The notes under the pieces are model-generated. The model ran no database searches. It was not told the origin of the DNA and saw only the letters and a program-made list of their open reading frames with translations. The position numbers were made by a program, and so were the translations under genes. Below, piece after piece: positions 11,406-20,055 of a DNA stretch of 64,000 nt; positions within the stretch are counted from its first letter, which is position 1; every line of letters begins with the position of its first letter. Origin of the DNA: an uncultured Spirochaetota bacterium (GTDB taxonomy: Bacteria; Spirochaetota; Spirochaetia; SZUA-6; Fen-1364); assembly GCA_963820525.1 (NCBI GenBank), contig CAWGAA010000001.1, positions 2,080,001-2,144,000 of the forward strand. The letters run 5' to 3'.

Positions 11406-11554
11406 GCCTATAACGTCCCGCCAGTATGCGACGTGGGCTGAGGCCCAACAAGGGCCGAAGCCCATGTGGCGGAGCGGCGCGCTGCAGCGCCGCGGAGTCC
11501 GAGGCGCCCGTCAGGGCGCCGATGCACATTACGGGCTGTTGTGGGCCGTTGCAC
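11406..11554 (-). repeat. attC-like recombination site 1
   Basis: tataac...gccagtatgc...cattacgggc-t-gttgtggg imperfect palindrome; near-identical to site 2 starting exactly at AAC. Confidence 0.75.
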
Positions 11555-11566
11555 CTCTCACTATTG

Positions 11567-13488
11567 CCCATCTTCGACACTTTGAGCGTCTCCAGGAAGC
11601 CGTACCCCTCGAATTTGCAGGGAATTTGAAGGTTTTTTTACAACCGGACCGCTTTATGTAGTGCCACGGAATTGGCAGTTTATGAAGAAAATACTTGCAT
11701 AGATGACCTCTTCATGGTAGTATCCGTAGAGGGGGGCAGGCAATGTTCGTCCGCATCAAGAACTCGCACGGATACAAGTACCTTCAGATCGTTGAAAGCA
11801 AGCGTGAGGGCAAAAAGGTCAAACAACGTGTCCTCACCACCCTCGGCCAACTGGATGCACTCACCGCATCAGGCAAGATCGATGCCCTCACCCGATCGCT
11901 GGCGAAGTTCTCCTCGATTCGAACGATCATCGATGCTCACCGCGAGGGCACCATCCAAGCGCACCGCACACTGTCCATCGGTCCCGCCCTTCTCTTCGAC
12001 CGATTGTGGCAGCAGTTGGGGATCAAAGAGGCGATAAAGGGCCAAGTGGCCGCTCGCTCATGGCGCTTCTCCCTGGAACGGGCGATCTTCCTCACCGTGC
12101 TGCACCGCCTCTTCGATCCGGGAAGCGACCGCGCGGCAGAGCGCTGGAAAGAGGATTTCCAGATCAGCGGGACAGAAGGCATCGAACTTCATCACCTCTA
12201 CCGCGCCATGGGCTGGCTGGGAGAACAGAGCATCCAGCTCGGCCATGATGCGCGAAGCCTGCGATGCCGAAAGGACCTCATCGAAGAGGAGCTTTTTCGC
12301 CGTAACCGCGATCTGTTCAGCGAGTTGGAGCTGGTGTTCTTCGACACCACGAGCCTGTACTTCGAGGGGCAAGGGGGAGAAAGCCTGGGACAGTACGGGC
12401 ACAGCAAGGACCACAGACCCGACCTGAAACAGATGGTGGTCGGCGCGGTGCTGGACGGGGCAGGGCGGCCGATTTGCTGCGAGCTGTGGCCGGGCAATCT
12501 TACCGATGTCAGTTCTCTCATCCCTGTGGTCCAGCGACTGAAGAGCCGCTTCGCAATCGCTTCGGTGTGCGTGGTGGCAGACCGCGGGATGATAAGCGCA
12601 GAGACGATCGAGAAACTTGAAACTGATGAGCTTGGCATGTCCTACATCCTGGGAGCGCGCATGCACAAGGACAAGACGGTACGCGATGAAGTGCTTCCTT
12701 CCTCTGAGAAGTTCCAAGTAGTCACAGGAGAGAAGAAGAAGGCAGGGGATCCCTCCCCCCTATCGGTGCGGGAGCAGTGGGTGGGGGATAGGCGTTACAT
12801 CGTGTGTTACAACGAGGATCAGGCCCGAAAGGATGCCGCGGACAGAAAGGCCATCGTGGAGTCTTTGAAAGAGAAGCTCAAAAGCGGGGACAAGAGTCTC
12901 GTGGGCAACAAGGGCTACAGGCGATACCTGAAGTCCGCGGGAAAGGAGCACTTCACCGTCGACGAGGCCAAGCTCTCCGAGGAGGCACTCTTCGACGGCA
13001 TGTGGGTGCTTCGCACCAACACCGCATTTTCCGCCGCGGATGTGGCACTGAAGTACAAGCAGCTGTGGATGGTGGAATCGATATTCCGTTCGGCCAAGAG
13101 CCTTCTGGAGACCCGCCCTATCTATCACAAAGTTGACGACACCATCCGGGGGCACGTGTTCTGTAGTTTCCTCGCCTTGGTTCTTCGAAAAGAGCTGGAA
13201 ACCAGACTTGAGAAGCAAGGGGACAAGCTGGAGTGGGCGGATATCAATAGGGACCTTCGAGCACTTCAGGAAGTGGAAGTAGAAATGCATGGCAAAAAGC
13301 TGTATCTGCGCACCGACCTGCGGGGGGTGTGCCACACGGTATTGCAGGCCGCGGGTGTCGCAGTGCCGCAGACGGTTCGCGAATAAGAGCTACCACGGAG
13401 GAAGTTGATCTGTAGTGCCAACAGAATTTTCGTGTCTTCTAATTCCTTATAGGGTAAACATTTTATTTTTCAAAGTGTCGAAGATGGG
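11567..13488 (+). mobile_element. IS1634-family element, copy 2 (no TSD)
   Basis: Same IRs as copy 1; flanks tattg and cttta do not match. Confidence 0.95.
11743..13386 (+). CDS. IS1634 transposase (intact)
   Basis: 547 aa; YLQIVES, FFDTTSLYFEG, GHSKDHRPDLKQ, VADRGM, VESIFRSAKS and RPIYH. Confidence 0.95.
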   Translation: MFVRIKNSHGYKYLQIVESKREGKKVKQRVLTTLGQLDALTASGKIDALTRSLAKFSSIRTIIDAHREGTIQAHRTLSIGPALLFDRLWQQLGIKEAIKGQVAARSWRFSLERAIFLTVLHRLFDPGSDRAAERWKEDFQISGTEGIELHHLYRAMGWLGEQSIQLGHDARSLRCRKDLIEEELFRRNRDLFSELELVFFDTTSLYFEGQGGESLGQYGHSKDHRPDLKQMVVGAVLDGAGRPICCELWPGNLTDVSSLIPVVQRLKSRFAIASVCVVADRGMISAETIEKLETDELGMSYILGARMHKDKTVRDEVLPSSEKFQVVTGEKKKAGDPSPLSVREQWVGDRRYIVCYNEDQARKDAADRKAIVESLKEKLKSGDKSLVGNKGYRRYLKSAGKEHFTVDEAKLSEEALFDGMWVLRTNTAFSAADVALKYKQLWMVESIFRSAKSLLETRPIYHKVDDTIRGHVFCSFLALVLRKELETRLEKQGDKLEWADINRDLRALQEVEVEMHGKKLYLRTDLRGVCHTVLQAAGVAVPQTVRE

Positions 13489-13538
13489 CTTTATTCAGAA
13501 TGGACAAAGAGACATATAATGATCTGAATAGTGACCAC

Positions 13539-13572
13539 TTGACAATAATGATGAAAGTATATACATTGTATA
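13539..13572 (+). promoter_or_regulatory. TA promoter with an overlapping palindromic operator
   Basis: TTGACA-17 nt-TACATT; palindrome tatacattgtata at 13560-13572. Confidence 0.65.
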
Positions 13573-13573
13573 G

Positions 13574-13864
13574 GTGACATATATACGCTTCACTTGGGAC
13601 CAAAAGAAAAGCAAAGCGAATTATGAGAAGCACGGTATATCTTTCGAAGAAGCCAAATCAATTTTCTACGACCCGGCTGCACGTCAAATTTATGATCCAG
13701 ATCATTCAGCTGATGAAGATAGATTCATCATGCTCGGAATGAGTCATAAGTTAAGGGTCCTTATAGTTTGTCATTGTTATAGGGAGAAGGAAGAAAAAAT
13801 CAGGATTATATCTGCACGCAAGGCAACTGCTGTTGAAACACGTCTTTATGAGAGGAGGAGATAA
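13574..13864 (+). CDS. brnT: BrnT-family toxin (RNase)
   Basis: FTWDQKKSKANYEKHGISFEEA, DPDHS..EDRF and IRIISARKAT. Confidence 0.9.
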   Translation: MTYIRFTWDQKKSKANYEKHGISFEEAKSIFYDPAARQIYDPDHSADEDRFIMLGMSHKLRVLIVCHCYREKEEKIRIISARKATAVETRLYERRR

Positions 13865-13865
13865 T

Positions 13866-14087
13866 ATGAGAAAGGAATATAACTTCGATAAATCTATAAG
13901 AAATCCGTATTATCGTAAGCTGAAAAAGCCCATATCGATCCGGCTTGACGCAGAGACAATCGAGTATTTTAAAAAATTGTCCGAAGAGACGAATATCCCG
14001 TATCAAAATTTGATAAATAGCTATTTATCAGAATGCGCTTCAAAGAAGCTGAGACCGACACTGCATTGGATGAAACGAGGCGCATAG
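13866..14087 (+). CDS. brnA: BrnA/CopG-like antitoxin
   Basis: MRKEYNF..RNPY..KKPISIRLD...YFK..IPYQNLINSYL; GGAGG RBS. Confidence 0.85.
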   Translation: MRKEYNFDKSIRNPYYRKLKKPISIRLDAETIEYFKKLSEETNIPYQNLINSYLSECASKKLRPTLHWMKRGA

Positions 14088-14103
14088 AGATTTAAGAAAG
14101 CTG

Positions 14104-14260
14104 GCGCAATGTCACACAACGTCCCGCCAGTATGCGACGTGGGCTGAGGCCCAACAAGGGCCGAAGCCCATGTGGCGGAGCGGCGCGCTGCAGCGCCGCG
14201 GAGCCCGAGGCGCCCGCAAGGGCGCCGAAGAGCATTACTGGCTGTTGTGGGCCGTTGCAC
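14104..14260 (-). repeat. attC-like recombination site 2
   Basis: cacaac-gtccc-gccagtatgc...gcattactggc-t-gttgtg: paired R and L boxes with an unpaired spacer and one extra base. Confidence 0.8.
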
Positions 14261-14272
14261 CTCTCACTATTG

Positions 14273-16195
14273 CCCATCTTCGACACTTTGAGCGTCTCCA
14301 GGAAGCCGTACCCCTCGAATTTGCAGGGAATTTGAAGGTTTTTTTACAACCGGACCGCTTTATGTAGTGCCACCGAATTGGCAGTTTATGAAGAAAATGC
14401 TTGCATAGATGGCCTCTTCATGGTAGTATCCGTAGAGGGGGGGCAGGCAATGTTCGTCCGCATCAAGAACTCGCACGGATACAAGTACCTTCAGATCGTT
14501 GAAAGCAAGCGTGAGGGCAAAAAGGTCAAACAACGTGTCCTCACCACCCTCGGCCAACTGGATGCACTCACCGCATCAGGCAAGATCGATGCCCTCACCC
14601 GATCGCTGGCGAAGTTCTCCTCGATTCGAACGATCATCGATGCTCACCGCGAGGGCACCATCCAAGCGCACCGCACACTGTCCATCGGTCCCGCCCTTCT
14701 CTTCGACCGATTGTGGCAGCAGTTGGGGATCAAAGAGGCGATAAAGGGCCAAGTGGCCGCTCGCCCATGGCGCTTCTCCCTGGAACGGGCGATCTTCCTC
14801 ACCGTGCTGCACCGCCTCTTCGATCCGGGAAGCGACCGCGCAGCAGAGCGCTGGAAAGAGGATTTCCAGATCAGCGGGACAGAGGGAATCGAGCTTCATC
14901 ACCTCTACCGCGCCATGGGCTGGCTGGGAGAACAGAGCATCCAGCTCGGCCATGATGCGCGAAGCCTGCGATGCCGAAAGGACCTCATCGAAGAGGAGCT
15001 TTTTCGCCGTAACCGCGATCTGTTCAGCGAGTTGGAGCTGGTGTTCTTCGACACCACGAGCCTGTACTTCGAGGGGCAAGGGGGAGAAAGCCTGGGACAG
15101 TACGGGCACAGCAAGGACCACAGACCCGACCTGAAACAGATGGTGGTCGGCGCGGTGCTGGACGGCGCTGGGCGGCCGATCTGCTGCGAGCTGTGGCCAG
15201 GGAACCTCACCGATGTCACCTCCCTTATCCCTGTGGTCCAGCGACTGAAGAGCCGCTTCGCAATCGCTTCGGTGTGCGTGGTGGCAGACCGCGGGATGAT
15301 AAGCGCAGAGACGATCGAGAAACTTGAAACTGATGAGCTTGGCATGTCCTACATCCTGGGAGCGCGCATGCACAAGGACAAGACGGTACGCGATGAAGTG
15401 CTTCCTTCCTCTGAGAAGTTCCAAGTAGTCACAGGAGAGAAGAAGAAGCCTGGGGATCCCTCCCCCCTATCGGTGCGGGAGCAGTGGGTGGGGGATAGGC
15501 GTTACGTGGTCTGTTACAACGAGGATCAGGCCCGAAAGGATGCCGCGGACAGAAAGGCCATCGTGGAGTCTTTGAAAGAGAAGCTCAAAAGCGGGGACAA
15601 GAGCCTCGTGGGCAATAAGGGCTACAGGCGCTACCTGAAGTCCGCGGGAAAGGAGCACTTCACCGTCGACGAGGCGAAGCTCGCGAAGGAGCAGCTGTTC
15701 GACGGCATGTGGGTGCTGCGCACCAATACCGCGTTTGCCGCCGCGGATGTGGCACTGAAGTACAAGCAGCTGTGGATGGTGGAATCGATATTCCGTTCAG
15801 CCAAGAGCCTTCTGGAGACCCGCCCGATCTATCACAAAGTTGACGACACTATCCGGGGGCATGTGTTCTGCAGTTTCCTCGCCCTTGTTCTACGAAAAGA
15901 GCTGGAAACGAGACTTGAGAAGCACGGGGACAAGCTGGAGTGGGCGGATATCAATAGGGACCTTCGAGCACTTCAGGAGGTGGAAGTGGAAATGCATGGC
16001 AAGAAGCTGTATCTGCGCACCGACCTGCGCGGGGTATGCCACACGGTATTGCAGGCCGCGGGTGTCGCAGTGCCGCAGACGGTTCGCGAATAAGAGCTAC
16101 CACGGAGGAAGTTGATCTGTAGTGCCAACAGAATTTCCGTGTCTTCTAATTCCTTATAGGGTAAACATTTCATTTTTCAAAGTGTCGAAGATGGG
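14273..16195 (+). mobile_element. IS1634-family element, copy 3
   Basis: Same IRs; TSD tattg (14268-14272 and 16196-16200). Confidence 0.95.
14450..16093 (+). CDS. IS1634 transposase (intact)
   Basis: Near-identical to copy 2. Confidence 0.95.
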   Translation: MFVRIKNSHGYKYLQIVESKREGKKVKQRVLTTLGQLDALTASGKIDALTRSLAKFSSIRTIIDAHREGTIQAHRTLSIGPALLFDRLWQQLGIKEAIKGQVAARPWRFSLERAIFLTVLHRLFDPGSDRAAERWKEDFQISGTEGIELHHLYRAMGWLGEQSIQLGHDARSLRCRKDLIEEELFRRNRDLFSELELVFFDTTSLYFEGQGGESLGQYGHSKDHRPDLKQMVVGAVLDGAGRPICCELWPGNLTDVTSLIPVVQRLKSRFAIASVCVVADRGMISAETIEKLETDELGMSYILGARMHKDKTVRDEVLPSSEKFQVVTGEKKKPGDPSPLSVREQWVGDRRYVVCYNEDQARKDAADRKAIVESLKEKLKSGDKSLVGNKGYRRYLKSAGKEHFTVDEAKLAKEQLFDGMWVLRTNTAFAAADVALKYKQLWMVESIFRSAKSLLETRPIYHKVDDTIRGHVFCSFLALVLRKELETRLEKHGDKLEWADINRDLRALQEVEVEMHGKKLYLRTDLRGVCHTVLQAAGVAVPQTVRE

Positions 16196-16219
16196 TATTG
16201 CAAATCTTTATAGCCCTTA

Positions 16220-16792
16220 TCAAGGAAGCTCAGGAAGACCTATCCGTGATAAGTAATTGCAGAACCTCAACGAAAGCTCTTCTCTGAATAGTTCTGATAC
16301 AGAAGCTATATAGCAGATTTTATGTATTAGGATGAATGATTCAAATGGTAAAGTCAAATAATGCTTGAAATCAAGAACTAGATCTGGAATCGGCAAGTCA
16401 CCTGTTTGACCTTTTATAAAGTGATATCGTTGATCCCGGTTTTGCTTAACATAACCCCATCTTTCAGAATTGAGTCGATCTTGCTTAATATTAAAAGCAT
16501 CTACGAGATGATCTCCAGACCTAAAGCTATCACCGAGAAAGCACGGAGCTATAAGAATATTCGGCAGGTATTGATTATTTGTTATGATACCTGCAGGTTG
16601 TCCATTTCGATCTGAATTGCTTTGCTCGAGATCGCAGTCTTGGCTCAACACAATCATGTAAGGATAGGTTATTTGAAGGACAGCGCTATTTACATCAATT
16701 ACATCGAGTTTCGCGTCACGTAATATGTCACCTTGGCATATCCGAGACTTGTCATGTCGTGTGAACCGCGTTAATACGTTACTTTTCCACAC
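16220..16792 (-). CDS. Hypothetical protein with QGDI...VLSQDCDL motif
   Basis: 190-aa AT-rich ORF overlapping the upstream ORF; C-terminal LSRIGLP. Confidence 0.75.
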   Translation of the reverse strand: MWKSNVLTRFTRHDKSRICQGDILRDAKLDVIDVNSAVLQITYPYMIVLSQDCDLEQSNSDRNGQPAGIITNNQYLPNILIAPCFLGDSFRSGDHLVDAFNIKQDRLNSERWGYVKQNRDQRYHFIKGQTGDLPIPDLVLDFKHYLTLPFESFILIHKICYIASVSELFREELSLRFCNYLSRIGLPELP

Positions 16793-16961
16793 GGCCTATA
16801 ATTTTCTTTGTCACTTTCACAGTTGGATAGTGCGAACTATCAATAACATGGGATGGTTGCATTTTAGCACTTGAAGAGGGTTTTGTTGTTGGTGCTTTTG
16901 AATTTGTTTTAGATTCAGAGAAGTACTCCGAACTAGATGATGAACTAGTCTTTGCCGGCAT
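16779..16961 (-). CDS. Small Ser/Lys-rich hypothetical protein
   Basis: 60-aa ORF overlapping both neighbours, consistent with translational coupling. Confidence 0.5.
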   Translation of the reverse strand: MPAKTSSSSSSEYFSESKTNSKAPTTKPSSSAKMQPSHVIDSSHYPTVKVTKKIIGRVEK

Positions 16962-17718
16962 TTGTTACCCCCATTAGTGTCCGCAAAGGTTCTTTTATAG
17001 AATTCTCAAAGAGCTCCTGAATCGACCTATTAAATTTGCGTACTTGAGCAGGAATATCAGACGAAACATCTTGCGAGTAGCAATCATAATCAAGAATATA
17101 TTGACGGCGAGTTATTTTGGCTGGGAATTCCGGATTGAATATTCCATAATTGCAAACTATTTGATATTCATCTTTGTTTAAAGCATATTGGCCCATTGTT
17201 CTTGAAAGATATTGAATGTTCTCTCCAAAACCGCTATTAGAGCATGTTAGAAAGTCCGAGATATATTCTGCCCAATCGAGCGGATTGCCATCTTTCAGAT
17301 TTATTGTATTTATATATCTGAGCCCAATCCTTGTATAATCAGGCTTTGGGTATGCCGAAGCAAAAGCTTGAACAATAATTTGAATTCTTTCCAAGTATTC
17401 TTCAAGCGATGTATAATGGAAGTCTTCAATTGCGAGAAAAGAGTAATTCAGTGTTAGTTTGAATCTTTCAGATTTGTCAAGGATGATCCAGCTTGTTATT
17501 GGAGCGGCGATACTCCCCTGTGGAGTACCATCCTTGATCTCTGCCCTATATTCGAATCCTTTTTCCTCTTGTAAAACGGGCATCTGAATGCGAATTGACT
17601 CATGGAATTGAGGAGAAATTTTCTCCCTAAGAACAAGGATAGGATTGTAGTCTATACGAAAAATGACATTTGAGAGAAAATTATTACTGTACTTGATTTT
17701 ATTGAGATCAATATGCAT
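16945..17718 (-). CDS. TIGR04255-family protein
   Basis: Y..NFLSNVIFRIDY, Y(T)SLEEY, TRIGLRYINTI and YILDYDC. Confidence 0.8.
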   Translation of the reverse strand: MHIDLNKIKYSNNFLSNVIFRIDYNPILVLREKISPQFHESIRIQMPVLQEEKGFEYRAEIKDGTPQGSIAAPITSWIILDKSERFKLTLNYSFLAIEDFHYTSLEEYLERIQIIVQAFASAYPKPDYTRIGLRYINTINLKDGNPLDWAEYISDFLTCSNSGFGENIQYLSRTMGQYALNKDEYQIVCNYGIFNPEFPAKITRRQYILDYDCYSQDVSSDIPAQVRKFNRSIQELFENSIKEPLRTLMGVTNAGKD

Positions 17719-17874
17719 TGAAATAGTCTCTCTGTTCCGCTGCAAGTTGTTTCTTCAAATAAAATGATCAATAAATGATAGATCATCAAGCGGTCCGTAT
17801 TTCCTTTTCGAGTCAATAGTTATCTGATTATGTTTTTGCATATGCCACTTTTCAGTATGTTATTCAATGTGCCT

Positions 17875-18080
17875 GTGCAATGGCCCACAACGTAAAGGGT
17901 TTACGACATGCCCCGTCCCGAAGGGCTGGCACAGGGGTTGCCCCCGCAAAACATAGACAAGAGTGTACCACACATCTTAGAGGACCGTAAGAAGATTTGA
18001 TCTGCAAGCCCTGTGCCAGAGGGGCATGTGGCGAAGCCCGGAGCGACCGGAGGGAGCGGAGCGTAAACCCTATGTTGAAT
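17875..18080 (-). repeat. attC-like site 3, a long branched hairpin downstream of the IS91-like transposase
   Basis: Stems caac/gttg, agggtttacg/cgtaaaccct, acatgcccc/ggggcatgt and tggcacaggg/ccctgtgcca; shares catgtggcgRag with sites 1 and 2. Confidence 0.75.
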
Positions 18081-18110
18081 GAAGTCGCTCCGCCCGCGCT
18101 ATGGGTTTTA

Positions 18111-19263
18111 TTAGGCGCTGTTCCAATAACTATTAGAGGCCTCTTCCGGCGGAAGTTCAATGATTTGTATATTCACACTATTGCAGCGCGGACATCGTTT
18201 TCCAATGATCTCGGGCGCTTCCAAGAAAAAATCATACGATCGCTGTTGAGATTCTAGATCGATGCATAACAAACGACGGATGTATTTCAGATTTTCATTT
18301 TTGTGCCCGTTGCTCAAGAGGCCGTAAAATCGTATACGCTTGAATCCTTCCGGCAGCACATGCAGGAGAAATCTTCTCATGAACTCGGAGGAGCCAAGTG
18401 TCATTACCTTTTTCCGGTTTTTATCCCTGTAGTCCTTCCAGATAAAGCTTACATTTCCGCCGGTGAAATTCAAAATCCGTTTGTTGCTGATCGCTACCCG
18501 ATGCGTATATCGCCCTATATATTTCAGTACACGTAACGGATCGGAAAACGGCTTTTTGGCATAGACGACCCACCTTCTTGCATAACACGTATCCAACAGC
18601 TTTGCAAACTCGGCTGCCTACTCTGTCTTAAGCGACTTGCCAAAGAAACTCAACTCTTTTGCTGCATATGCCTGTTTCAAATAATGCAGGTATTTACCTC
18701 TGAACAATCGATTGAGAATGTGTATCGAGATAAAGAAATTGTTCCTGCTTTCAATCCATGCGGATTTATCCCGGCTCAATCCCCCTCCGGTAACAATGCA
18801 GTGCAGATGTGGATGGTCAAGTAAGTTTTGGCTCCAGGTGTGGAGAATGGCGATAAACCCGATCTTCGCGCCGAGATTCTTCGGGTTTCCCGCAGCTTCT
18901 TGAAGAGTTTCGTTTGCGGCGCGAAAGAGAATGTCGTAGAGCACTCTTTTGTTCTGGAGAATAAGGGAATTCAATACCGCCGGGACGGTGAAGACGATAT
19001 GGAAATATTTTATGGGCAGAAGCTCTTGTGTCCGCTCGTAAACCCATTGCGCCTGCTTGCTCGCCTGGCATTTGGGGCAATGCCGGTTCCTGCATGAATT
19101 ATAGGATATCTGTTCATACCCGCATTCATGGCAAACAAATTTATGGCCGCCCAATTTCGGACCGCGGCAGTTTATGATTGCGTTTACGACTTTCCACTGA
19201 TCATAACTGATGCCTTCCAGTAACTGAGTGCTTTGTCTGAAAACATCGGCGACTTTTATTATG
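18111..19263 (-). pseudogene. IS91-family (Y2 HUH) transposase with an in-frame TAG and a damaged start
   Basis: YNSCRNRHCPKCQ zinc-binding motif, YFHIVFTVP, LHTWSQNL..HPHLHC, YIGRYTHRVAIS and FLLHVLP.GFKRIRFYG; TAG at 18618-18620 is in frame with the 3' ORF. Confidence 0.9.
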
Positions 19264-19265
19264 TC

Positions 19266-19388
19266 GGTCCGCTGCGCTGTCCCGTCTGCGGAAACAGGAT
19301 GTCCGTGATCGCCCTCATGCGCTATCCCGCAGAGAACCGGACCATCATCGCCCGACCGTCTCGTCACCACCCCTACTCAGCGCCCTGA
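19266..19388 (+). pseudogene. Probable C-terminal remnant of a second, oppositely oriented IS91/ISCR-type transposase
   Basis: Translates as PLRCPVCGNRMSVIALMRYPAENRTII, resembling the PLxCPxCGxxMxxIA tails of these transposases. Confidence 0.4.
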
Positions 19389-19416
19389 CAGTCAGGTAAC
19401 CTGCCGGGTTCAGCAG

Positions 19417-19827
19417 CTATCTCTTTTTCAGCGCTGTCTCCACTGCCTTGAGGAACGCTCGGGGGGTCCATGTCGCGCCGCCCACAACGTCCACGTCCGG
19501 GGACTGCTTCTCGATAACCTTCAGGGCAAGCGGCGCAAGGTATTCTCTGATAGTTGTTGGAGAGACAACCGTGATCCGTTGGATTTTCCCTTGAGCAACA
19601 TCAACCTGAACCTTCACTCGTTTGTTGCCTACGAAGGTACCGAAGGGCGGCACGATCTTGTACTCTCCAATGTATGTTCCATCCGGAATTCCGCTGAGAT
19701 CAACTTGGCCGACACGGTAGTCCTGCTTTGGAATCCCAAACGACATCGTTGCCGCCACGATGATGATGACCATCCCGCCAACTATTGAAAGGAGTACGAT
19801 CAAGACGATCCGTCCGCGCTTCTTCAT
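19417..19827 (-). CDS. Membrane-anchored FMN-binding domain protein
   Basis: N-terminal TM; DGTYIGEY...VKVQVDV..G.I...VIEKQSPDVDVVGGATWT..FLKAVETAL. Confidence 0.85.
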   Translation of the reverse strand: MKKRGRIVLIVLLSIVGGMVIIIVAATMSFGIPKQDYRVGQVDLSGIPDGTYIGEYKIVPPFGTFVGNKRVKVQVDVAQGKIQRITVVSPTTIREYLAPLALKVIEKQSPDVDVVGGATWTPRAFLKAVETALKKR

Positions 19828-20055
19828 AGCGGTCCTCCCGTTTATCCGGGATCTCAGGGCTGATCCCTGCAGGCCCCGACTTCCCTGACTGTATTGCATA
19901 GTCGACGCGCGTGCAATTCCCGGCTCCCATGGCTTTCCGTGGGCTGGCGCCGCTCCCACAACTTGCTTCGCAAGTTGCTGCCGCGGTTCGCCGCGACGGG
20001 AATACCGTCGCGGCTGGATTGACCCTCCTGCCCGCATTTTCGTACTATTCCCGCC

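Noticed and set aside
11567..16195. Composite transposon of IS1634 copies 2 and 3 carrying BrnTA (outer flanks tattg/tattg)
   Set aside because: Copy 3 has its own tattg TSD, and the ~160-bp left flank is itself duplicated, which fits duplication plus deletion better; not fully excluded.
11406..18080. Repeats as a CRISPR array
   Set aside because: Units are 150-200 bp, separated by kilobase gene blocks, and no cas genes are present.
7050..18620. Two in-frame TAG codons (7050 and 18618) as possible stop-codon recoding or pyrrolysine
   Set aside because: TAG ends many normal genes in this window, no pyl genes are seen, and both affected genes carry other lesions.
19830..20055. T-box leader upstream of leuS
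   Set aside because: No T-box consensus (AAGGTGGNACC-like) or terminator/antiterminator is visible.
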